From positions 320,001 to 384,000 of the forward strand of contig CAXXFL010000001.1 in the NCBI GenBank assembly GCA_963674965.2: a DNA stretch of 64,000 bases, written 5' to 3'. A model generated the notes under the pieces. That model was not told where the DNA came from, did no database searches, and saw only the letters and a list, made by a program, of their open reading frames with translations. This stretch comes from a bacterium. GTDB lineage: Bacteria; RBG-13-61-14; DATKZS01. A program made the translations under genes and the position numbers. Below, in pieces: positions 48,416 through 56,287 of this stretch (positions are counted from its first letter, which is position 1; each line of letters starts with the position of its first letter).

Positions 48416-49501
48416 TTACTTGCTCGCGGCCTGGTAGGCCTTGACGTAAGCCGGGTCGAGCCTGAAGTTGGCGTCGGCGGCCGCGGCCTTGTCGCCGTAG
48501 CCGACCTTGGGGGCCTTGTCCACGATCTCGTGGTCCACGCAGAACTTGACGACCTTTTCCATGATCCCCTTGGTGGCGTCGTCGGTGAGGACCTTGGTCC
48601 CCTCCTCGGGGGTCGAGTAGAAGCGGGTCTGCTCGACCACCTTCTTCATGGCCTCGAGGTCTAGGTGGGAGAACTTCTCGCCCAGGGCCACGAGGGTCTC
48701 GTCCCGCGTCTTCTCGTCCTTCATCCTCTGGTTGACCTGGTAGAAGGCGTCGATCACGGCGTGGGCGAACTTGTCGCCGCCGGGCTTATCAAGCGACTCC
48801 TGGGACATGACCACCATGTCGATGATCTCGCCGGGTATCTTGGTCGAGTCGAAAAGGACCTTGGCGTCCTTTCTTTTATTCAGGGTCTCGAGCACGAACG
48901 GGTTCCACACCACGATGGCCTCGTAGCCCTCGTGTCCCTGCTGCATGGCCAGGGCGGCCGCGCCCGGGTCCATGTTGGTGAACTTGTAGTCGGCCTCCTT
49001 CTCGCCCAGAAGCTCGAGGTTCCGAACGAAGCAGTACTCGGAGACCGTCTTGGCCAGGCCGTAGACGGGCTTGCCTTTTAGCTGCTTCACGTCGGTCACG
49101 CCGCCGGCCACGATGAGGGCGTCGGCCCCGAAGCTGGTCGAGGTGGGCAGGATGCCGACCGACTTGATGGTCAGGCTGGGGTTTAAAGCGTCCATGTTGG
49201 TGATGCACACGGCGTCCACGTTGCCCGAGCCGTACATCTGGAGGCACGGGTCGTACTCGGCCTCCTTAAGCTCGACGTCCACGCCCCACTTCTTTTCCAC
49301 CGGGCCGAGCTTTCCCTTCTTGCCGTCGATGATCCCGTACTCGTGGGCCACGCCAAAGGCGCTCCATGACGGGTACTCGCTCCAGGCCAAAGAGAAAGTG
49401 GGAACGTCCTCAGCCTCGGCCGTGCCCGCTATCCATACCATCGGGCTGATCGCCAAAACAACCAGGGCGATCCCCAACGCATTCTTCCTTAAGTTTTTCA
49501 T
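48416..49501 (-). CDS. Periplasmic solute-binding protein (SsuA/THI5/NMT1-like)
   Basis: Signal peptide ending AEA; AWSEYPSW, TNMDAL, STSFGADA, VVWNP, FDSTKIPGEIIDMVV. Confidence 0.85.
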   Translation of the reverse strand: MKNLRKNALGIALVVLAISPMVWIAGTAEAEDVPTFSLAWSEYPSWSAFGVAHEYGIIDGKKGKLGPVEKKWGVDVELKEAEYDPCLQMYGSGNVDAVCITNMDALNPSLTIKSVGILPTSTSFGADALIVAGGVTDVKQLKGKPVYGLAKTVSEYCFVRNLELLGEKEADYKFTNMDPGAAALAMQQGHEGYEAIVVWNPFVLETLNKRKDAKVLFDSTKIPGEIIDMVVMSQESLDKPGGDKFAHAVIDAFYQVNQRMKDEKTRDETLVALGEKFSHLDLEAMKKVVEQTRFYSTPEEGTKVLTDDATKGIMEKVVKFCVDHEIVDKAPKVGYGDKAAAADANFRLDPAYVKAYQAASK

Positions 49502-49544
49502 CTCTTCCCTCCTCTCGGTTGAATATAAGTCTACTTCTTGTCCC

Positions 49545-50372
49545 TTACTCGGGCAGGGATTCCTTCTTGTCCGAGGCGGGCGCGGCCTTGGCCGCCGCGT
49601 CGGTCTCTCCCGCCAGTCCCACCAGGGCGTCGAACTCGGAGGTCGAGGCCGAGGTCCTGGCGTACTCGAGGAACTCCGCCTCCTGGACCTTGGCGTCCGT
49701 GCCCGCCAGCTCCTTGGATATCCTGGCCTCGGCCTTGACCTCCTGCCGAAGCTCGCGCATCCTTTGAAGCTCCTTTTCCGCGCCGTCCTCCGCGATGCCC
49801 GCGAAGGCGTCGGCGATCTCCTTCTCCTGCTTGGCCGTGATCATGTCCGCCACCGCGTCGTGGGCCTCGGCCTTGATATTGTCTATGTCGCGAGCCAGGC
49901 TCTGGAGCTGGACCTTGTGCTCGCCTATCCTTTTTCCGTACTCGGCCACGTCCCGCTCGAGCTCGTCGATCCGGGCCTGCTTCTCGGCCAGGGTCGAGCT
50001 GAAGTCGTTATAGGCGGCCAGGCACTTCATGTAATCCTCGTTGGTCTGGATTTCCTCCTTGGATTTTCCCTCGCCCTGAAGGCGGGCCACCTCCTGCTTG
50101 GCCTTGGCCAGGGCCCCGGCCCGAAGGCGCTCGAGCTTCTCGACCTCCTCGGTCAGCCCCTTGACCTTGGCGATCTTGTTCTCCTGCTGGGCAATAAGAC
50201 CCGCCACCGCCTGCTTGTACTGCTGGATGCGGGCGGTCTTGTCGCGTATGACCTCGTCGTACTTGGCCCGCATCACGTGGGGGTTGGTATCCAGGGTGCG
50301 CCTGGCCGCGTCTATCTGGCCGGTCATCAGATACCCCAGCGCCTTAAACCATCTTCCCAAGGCTCCAAACAT
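49545..50372 (-). CDS. PspA/IM30 (Vipp1, ESCRT-III-like) family protein
   Basis: N-terminal amphipathic helix MFGALGRWFKALGYL, NP turn, then IRDKTARIQQYKQAVAGLIAQQ...ALAKA long coiled-coil hairpin; entirely helical; AAGGAGG RBS. Confidence 0.72.
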   Translation of the reverse strand: MFGALGRWFKALGYLMTGQIDAARRTLDTNPHVMRAKYDEVIRDKTARIQQYKQAVAGLIAQQENKIAKVKGLTEEVEKLERLRAGALAKAKQEVARLQGEGKSKEEIQTNEDYMKCLAAYNDFSSTLAEKQARIDELERDVAEYGKRIGEHKVQLQSLARDIDNIKAEAHDAVADMITAKQEKEIADAFAGIAEDGAEKELQRMRELRQEVKAEARISKELAGTDAKVQEAEFLEYARTSASTSEFDALVGLAGETDAAAKAAPASDKKESLPE

Positions 50373-50452
50373 GGCCCATAGTCCTCCTTTATCTTTATCG
50401 CTTACGTCTTAAAAAATAACTCCCCCCGCCTCGAGGGCCTCGCGGCGGGCTT

Positions 50453-51247
50453 CTATAGCTCCCTGGTTCCCAGTTCCTCGTCCAGGCGCTTCATCCTTTC
50501 CGCCACCGACCTGGCCACCTCGAGGCCCCGGTCGAGCTCCTCGCGGACGCGGGCCAGCTCCGACGCCTGGGAGTCGCTTCCCGCGGTCACGCTCTGGATG
50601 CCCGCCAGGATTTTCCCGAGCTGCTTGATGCTCTCTCCCACGTCGGCGATGATCCGCTCCCTCTGCTGGAGAATCGGTTGTTGCGCGTCCCTGGTGGCCA
50701 TGGTCCTGGCCGTGTTCCAGAGCTGGAGCGTCTTCTCGAGGGACTTGACGCAGCTTCCGAAAAGCTCCTCCACCCGGGAGTTAATGCCCATGGCGGTGAA
50801 GGAATCGACCCCCGCGGACCAGTCCCGGCTCGAGTCGAAGGCCTTGGTCAGGGCCCGAAGATCACGCAGGCTCCACTCGGTGCGGGGGTCCCCGTCGGCC
50901 GCCAGCCGCCGGTCCAGGTCGTCGAGGGCCCGCTCGCGCTCGGCCTGAGCCTCGGCCTCGAGCTCGTGGACCACCTTCTTGCCCAGGTCCTCCTTGCTCA
51001 CGAAAAAGCGCGTGGCCGTTACGCCAACGGCCGCCAGTATGGCCGCGACGCCGGCGAACATGGCCGGTCCCGAGTTCAGGTCGAAGGTCCAAAGGGCCAG
51101 GAGGTCCGTGATTCCCGCCAGGGCCGGGACCAGCGTCCAGGGACTGGCGAAGAGCCTCATGAGCATCTTGCGCCGGAAGGTCGTCCGGTCCAGCGCCTTC
51201 TTCGACACGGCCCCCGCCGCGAGTATGTCCTTGTCTTTGCCCATCAC
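50453..51247 (-). CDS. Two-TM membrane protein with cytoplasmic coiled-coil domain
   Basis: Two hydrophobic segments (about aa 33-55 and 62-83) followed by about 180 aa of heptad-rich helix; directly upstream of the PspA-like gene. Confidence 0.75.
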   Translation of the reverse strand: MMGKDKDILAAGAVSKKALDRTTFRRKMLMRLFASPWTLVPALAGITDLLALWTFDLNSGPAMFAGVAAILAAVGVTATRFFVSKEDLGKKVVHELEAEAQAERERALDDLDRRLAADGDPRTEWSLRDLRALTKAFDSSRDWSAGVDSFTAMGINSRVEELFGSCVKSLEKTLQLWNTARTMATRDAQQPILQQRERIIADVGESIKQLGKILAGIQSVTAGSDSQASELARVREELDRGLEVARSVAERMKRLDEELGTREL

Positions 51248-51351
51248 TGAATTATAGCCGACAATTCTCCATCCGGCAGTCGGCTTCGAAAAAGACCGAT
51301 CGTCTTACAATACTCCGACGGCCTCTTTTTGTCTGGCCATCGCGTCATTTT

Positions 51352-51547
51352 TCCCCCGCCAGGGGGATGACATGAATAGCCGTAGGCTTCCAGCCTACGG
51401 GAAAGCGTCCGAATTATCCGCGGCCCTGAAGGGGCCGGACCAAAAAACTTCTCGACAAGTTCGCCCCTTCCAGGGGCGCGTAACTTTGGGGCAAGCCTTC
51501 CGTAGGCCAACGGCCTACGGCTATTCATGTCAACCCCCTCCGGGGGA
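51352..51547. repeat. REP/MITE-like nested palindromic element (196 bp)
   Basis: Ends TCCCCCGCCAGGGGGATGACATGAATAGCCGTAGGC and GCCTACGGCTATTCATGTCAACCCCCTCCGGGGGA are near-perfect inverted repeats; internal hairpins CCGTAGGC..GCCTACGG x2 and GCCC(C)T..AGGGGC x2. Confidence 0.8.
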
Positions 51548-51632
51548 CGGCGGCGGCGACAATGATATAAATCTTGCCATCTCCTCGGCGCGACGTAAAT
51601 GCCAACGCGCCTCAAATCAGCCGACCCTAGCC

Positions 51633-53204
51633 CTAGTACGCGGGCTGCTTGAGCTCGAAGGACACCGACTGGTGGGCGCCGTTGCCGCCCCTGGGCTTGG
51701 CCGCCTCGGCCCTTACCCGGTTGGGGTCCACTCCCGCCGACAAAAGGTAATTGAGGGCCTCCTGGGCCCTCTCCCGGGCCAGCGCCAGGTTGGCGTCGGC
51801 GTCTCCCTCGCTCCGGGCGTGGCCCACCACCAGCAGGTAGTATTGCGGCCACGACTCGAGCTTCCGAGCCAGGTTGTCCATGTCCCGCCGGCTCTGGACG
51901 TTAATGCGGGCCGTTCCCCTGGCGAAGCTGATGGGCTCGATCCGAAGGCTGCCCACCGGCGACAGCTTGTTCCATTCGGCCTCGGAAAGGGGCCTCACCG
52001 CCGCCGAGGTACGGACCTCGTCCAGGTCGTCCGAGTTAAGGCCCAGCCCGTCGATCACGTCTACCTTCTTGGCGGGATGGAAGTTGGCCGCCTGAAGGCT
52101 TCTCAATACGCCGTCGTAAAAAATCGTGTTCGCCTTGCCGCCCAGCGGGTCCTGGCTCATGGCCCCGGTCTTGATAAGGACGTCGGTGATGTTGGCGATG
52201 ATATCCTCGATATGCTGGGCCTGGCCGGCCTGGTGCAGGCCGAAGTAGGCGTAGTTCTCGAGGGTGTTCTTCCACTCGATCCCCTCGACCAGCTTCCTCG
52301 CCTGCTCGTCGGTAAGGGACTCGGACCCGGTGGCCTTGGCGTCGCTTTTGACCAGGGCCTCCATGCCCCCGGTCTTGTGCTCGCTCGAGTAGGCCGAGCG
52401 GAAGTAGGCCTCGACAACGGCCCGGACCAGGTCGGGGTTGTCGCGCAGAAATGTCCTTTCCGCCACCAGCACGTCAACGATGTAGCCCTTCAGCTTGCCC
52501 GAGTCCAGAAGCAAATGGGCCCCGTCGTACTCGAGGGCCCTCGAGACGTAGGGCTCCCACATCACGTAGGCCCTTTTCGAGTTCACGTCCGAGGAGGTCA
52601 TCTTCTTGAAAACGTCGCCCGCCCCGTCGGCCTCCTCCCACCACTTGTCCGGCAGACTGGGAAGGTTGAAGTGGGCTATCACCGTCCGGGCCAAAAACTC
52701 GCTGGGCGAGTTGGGCGTGAGCACGATCCTGGCCTCGGGGTCGTCCAGGTCCTGGACGCTGGCCACGGCGTCCTTAAAGGCCACGATGGCGTCGGCGCCC
52801 TTGGTCTCGTCTATGACCATGACGATGGTGGCGGGAAACTTGCCGATCTTTTCGCCCGAGGTCAAGAAGGAGTCGATGGTAAAGACGGCCATCTGGATTT
52901 TCCTGGAGGCCAGTGCCTTCATGCGGGACTCGTAGTCAGCCGCGTCGTCCTCCACCACCAGCTTGACGCCCTGGGCCTTGAGGTCGTTCCTCATGGCGTC
53001 GCTTCGCAGCACGCAGTAGCCCGAGAAGGAGTCGGCCGCCAGGACGATCTCGTTCTTGTACTGGCTCGAGGAACTGGTCTCGTCGGTCAACTCTCCCCTC
53101 AGCCTCGGCAGGATAAGAAACTTGGTGGCCACGGCCAGGGCGGCCAGGATCACGATCCAAACCGCCGCCGCCGCCAGTATGCCCTTGACGCTTTTTCCGG
53201 CCAT
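51633..53204 (-). CDS. Membrane-anchored SsuA/THI5-like solute-binding protein fused to an OmpA-like C-terminal domain
   Basis: N-terminal TM; DSFSGY, DETKGADAIV, MWEPYVS, YIVDVLV; C-terminal ISFARG...VVGHAR...ANLALARERA...GVDPNRV. Confidence 0.8.
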   Translation of the reverse strand: MAGKSVKGILAAAAVWIVILAALAVATKFLILPRLRGELTDETSSSSQYKNEIVLAADSFSGYCVLRSDAMRNDLKAQGVKLVVEDDAADYESRMKALASRKIQMAVFTIDSFLTSGEKIGKFPATIVMVIDETKGADAIVAFKDAVASVQDLDDPEARIVLTPNSPSEFLARTVIAHFNLPSLPDKWWEEADGAGDVFKKMTSSDVNSKRAYVMWEPYVSRALEYDGAHLLLDSGKLKGYIVDVLVAERTFLRDNPDLVRAVVEAYFRSAYSSEHKTGGMEALVKSDAKATGSESLTDEQARKLVEGIEWKNTLENYAYFGLHQAGQAQHIEDIIANITDVLIKTGAMSQDPLGGKANTIFYDGVLRSLQAANFHPAKKVDVIDGLGLNSDDLDEVRTSAAVRPLSEAEWNKLSPVGSLRIEPISFARGTARINVQSRRDMDNLARKLESWPQYYLLVVGHARSEGDADANLALARERAQEALNYLLSAGVDPNRVRAEAAKPRGGNGAHQSVSFELKQPAY

Positions 53205-53207
53205 GCC

Positions 53208-54206
53208 TCAGCTCCTCTCTTTTGGGCCGGCCTTGCTCTTTTTCCTTCTCGAGCCTACGGTCCTGGCCGCCGCGTAGACCCCGGCGAAGGCGAACAGTTG
53301 GGCATAGGAGAACATGCCGCCCAGGCATCCCTGGCCCGACCTTTTCGATCCGGAGTTTTGGGGCGGAGTCTTCCGGGCCGTATCGGCGGGGGGCGTCTCC
53401 TTTGAAGGCGGAGTTTCCGGCGGAGGCTCGGTCACGGGCTGGGGCTTGGGCGGCTTCTCGCCGATGGGATGGTTGCCGCTTTCGGTCAGGGCCTCGACCA
53501 TGGCCATGGCCATCTCGTCTGGTATTCCCTCGAGGGCGGAGAAGGCGTCCTCACTCGCCGCGTCGCTTCCAGTGCCGGCCACCTCGGCGAAGACCTCGGC
53601 CACCGCCTTTTTGAGGGAGGCCGGGTCGTCGGCGCGCCTGTAGGAGTTGACCTTGGTGGCCAGGGTATGGTTGCCGGCCATGGCCACGCCGATCACGTCC
53701 ACCGTGACGCCCCGGGCCATGACCTCGGGCGTGTATTCCTCGACCAGCCTGGTGTCCTCGGCCTCCCCGTCCGTCACGATGAGGAGGCGGTAGGAACCGT
53801 AGCCGTACTGCTTGTTCCTTTGCTCGAGCAGCTTGTCGGCGCCCTTCTTGATATACGCTCCAAGAGGGGTGCCGCCGCCGGGCAGGGGCTCGTTGATGGC
53901 GCGCTCGAGCTCCGCGTCGTGGCGGGGCCCCAGCTCGTAGGCCCAGTCGTTCTCGAGGTTCCTGGCGCTGAACACCAGAAGTCCCACGTTGACGTCGGGG
54001 GGAACGGTTTTCAGCACCTCGCGCAGGGCCGTCTTGGCCGCGTCCATTTTCTTGATCTTGGTCCCCCGCATGGTCCCGTCCATGGAACCCGAGGAATCCA
54101 GCACGATGACGACGTTGTCGGCGGCCAGGTCGTCGCCCGCTCCCGCTCCGCCGGCGGAAAGAGCCAGGGCCATAATGGCCGCCAGTATCAATCCGTTTCT
54201 TTTCAT
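53208..54206 (-). CDS. Secreted VWA-domain protein with Pro-rich linker and C-terminal Gly-Cys/TM/basic tail
   Basis: Signal peptide; MIDAS IVLDSSGSM, GGGTPLG, IVTDGE, VDVIG; PKPQPVTEPPPETPP linker; GQGCLGG + hydrophobic + RRKKSK. Confidence 0.85.
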   Translation of the reverse strand: MKRNGLILAAIMALALSAGGAGAGDDLAADNVVIVLDSSGSMDGTMRGTKIKKMDAAKTALREVLKTVPPDVNVGLLVFSARNLENDWAYELGPRHDAELERAINEPLPGGGTPLGAYIKKGADKLLEQRNKQYGYGSYRLLIVTDGEAEDTRLVEEYTPEVMARGVTVDVIGVAMAGNHTLATKVNSYRRADDPASLKKAVAEVFAEVAGTGSDAASEDAFSALEGIPDEMAMAMVEALTESGNHPIGEKPPKPQPVTEPPPETPPSKETPPADTARKTPPQNSGSKRSGQGCLGGMFSYAQLFAFAGVYAAARTVGSRRKKSKAGPKERS

Positions 54207-54225
54207 GGCCCCATCCCCCCTTGAA

Positions 54226-56067
54226 TTAAAAGTCGAAGTCGCTCGAGGAGGCGGCCTCGGCCGTCACCCGGAGAAGGCGGAACTCGACGCGCATGTTCTG
54301 CTTGGCCTCCTCCATGCTTCTGGGCTTGGCGATGAAGGGCTCCCGAATGCCCGCGCCCACGGCCTGTATCTGGCTCTTGTCCAGCCGTACGCCCTTTTTG
54401 CCCGCGTATTGGATGACCGAGTCCCTGACCGCCTCGGCCCTCTCGCGGGAGAGGTTGAGGGCGGCCTGCATGGTCTGGCGCGGGTTGACGCCCGCGGCGC
54501 CGTCGAACTCGCCCGCCTGTATCAACTCGACTATCTTGCCCGTGTCCTTGAGGTCGAGCGGCCTTCCCTTGAAGGAATACGAGTAGTTGCCCGAGCTTCC
54601 CGAGCGCTTGAGGACGCCCTTTTCCATGCCGGCGTTGACCAGGTCCAGGAGGGTCTTGGTGGGGTCCGAGTGTCCGCGGATGACGATGACGGCGTTTCCG
54701 TAGCGGTTGGCGGTCTCGACCACCCTCTGGTACTCGACTCCGTACTGGACGTCGCTGAACTCGTTCTGGTTGGGCTCGAAGTTGATGGTGAAGCTGACGA
54801 TGGTCCGGTCGTCCAGTCCCCCTCCGCTCTCGAGGGCCTCGATCTCCTTAAGGACCGCCTCGGCCCGGAAACGGTCTCCCTGCTCGACCTTGGTCTTGGT
54901 CAGGTAGCCGGTGAAGGCGGTCGAGTTATAGTCGAAATCGGGCTTGAAGAAGCCGCTTCTCACCGAGGCGTAGCCCCTGCCCGCGGCGAGGTCGAGGGCC
55001 GATTTCTGAAAGGCGTCGAATCCGGAGAGGTTGTTCTTCTGGGTGAAGAAGGCCACGTTGCCGGGGTAGCCCACCAGGGTGCAGTCCGCCAGAAGCCCGT
55101 GGGCGTCCTCCTCGAGGGTCGGTATGGTCTCCTGCCCGTAAATGTCCTGGGTCATCTTGAGGAGGGCCATGTACTCCTTGCTTCCCTTGGCCTCGTAGGC
55201 CTTCTTCAGATCGACAACCTCCTCGCTGGCCTTGAAGTAGCCGGCCACGAACTTCGAGACCAGGTCGCGGTTGGCGTCGAAAAAGTCCTTGCGGCAGGCG
55301 TACACGTCCGCTATCGAGCGCGACATCTCGGCCGTCGAGACCAGTACCCTGGCCCCCTTGACCGTGCCCTCCGCGCCGGTGCCCGCGTTCTGGAGACCGC
55401 CGGTCAGGCCGATCATGTCGGGGCTGATCACGAAGCAGGCGTCCAGGTCGTCGTTCTTCCTGAACATCTCGGCCGGCGACTTGGCGGTGCCGGTCAGGTC
55501 CTCGGCCCAGACCACGGTCACGTCGTCCCAACTCAGGCGCGCGGTCTTAAGTACGTCGTCGAACATGCCCACGTGGGGCCCGCCCTGCTGGAGGACCACT
55601 TTTTTGCCCTTCAGGTCGGCGATGGTCTTCACGCTTTTGCGGGCCACCATGTGGTCGCCGGCGGACCAGGTCATCTGCATGATAATCACGGGCTTGGTGC
55701 GGGCGTCGCTTCCGATAACCTCGCTGGCCATGCCCATCATGCGGAAGGTCCCCCTTAAAAAGGGCGTCTCGCCGGACATGTAATTCTTCACCTGTCCCAC
55801 GAAGTCGTCGCCCGCCACCAGCTTTAAGTTGAGGCCGAGATTCTGGTAGATGCTTCCCGGCTTGGTGGCAAGGCCCCCGTTGGCGTAAAAGGTCACCATG
55901 TCGCCGCCCCAGGTGATATAGGGCACGGTCAAGGGCGAGGTTTTAGTGACGTTTCCGACCTTGACCGGTCCGACCAGGTCCTTGAAGCTTTGCTCTCCCG
56001 CGGCCCGGGCGGTAAAGACCGCCGCGAAAGCCAGGATCGAGGCGGCCAACCTTATTTTCAATCTCAT
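54226..56067 (-). CDS. Large secreted SsuA/THI5-like solute-binding protein fused to an OmpA-like domain
   Basis: Signal peptide MRLKIRLAAS...ARA; PYITWGGD, TWSAGD, ADLKGKKV, IADVYA; C-terminal INFEPNQ...IRGHSD...LSRERAEAVR...NMRVEF; GGAGG RBS. Confidence 0.8.
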   Translation of the reverse strand: MRLKIRLAASILAFAAVFTARAAGEQSFKDLVGPVKVGNVTKTSPLTVPYITWGGDMVTFYANGGLATKPGSIYQNLGLNLKLVAGDDFVGQVKNYMSGETPFLRGTFRMMGMASEVIGSDARTKPVIIMQMTWSAGDHMVARKSVKTIADLKGKKVVLQQGGPHVGMFDDVLKTARLSWDDVTVVWAEDLTGTAKSPAEMFRKNDDLDACFVISPDMIGLTGGLQNAGTGAEGTVKGARVLVSTAEMSRSIADVYACRKDFFDANRDLVSKFVAGYFKASEEVVDLKKAYEAKGSKEYMALLKMTQDIYGQETIPTLEEDAHGLLADCTLVGYPGNVAFFTQKNNLSGFDAFQKSALDLAAGRGYASVRSGFFKPDFDYNSTAFTGYLTKTKVEQGDRFRAEAVLKEIEALESGGGLDDRTIVSFTINFEPNQNEFSDVQYGVEYQRVVETANRYGNAVIVIRGHSDPTKTLLDLVNAGMEKGVLKRSGSSGNYSYSFKGRPLDLKDTGKIVELIQAGEFDGAAGVNPRQTMQAALNLSRERAEAVRDSVIQYAGKKGVRLDKSQIQAVGAGIREPFIAKPRSMEEAKQNMRVEFRLLRVTAEAASSSDFDF

Positions 56068-56287
56068 TATAATCCTCCCTCCGCTGTATGATCGATTCGA
56101 TACTTCCCCGTGAGGCATAACTATCCCATTATGGCTTTAATTTAAGGATTTTATACAACGGCGCGGCCTTGGCGTCAAGGTTTCGCCTTTATTCATAAAT
56201 GATGGCGGACCCGATAATTGCCGCTCCTCTTTTTATTTTTGCTTTCCCCGGGTCTTTGAATGAAAATGGTTTCGCGTCGGCGTTGAA

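Noticed and set aside
48416-49501. Labelling the ABC unit as a urea, nitrate or taurine importer
   Set aside because: Family resemblance only; no urea carboxylase, nitrate reductase or sulfonate catabolism genes nearby, so the substrate cannot be assigned.
51244-51852. ORFs on both strands containing MNSRR.. and AYGYSC..
   Set aside because: Produced by the palindromic repeat at 51352-51547; not credible proteins.
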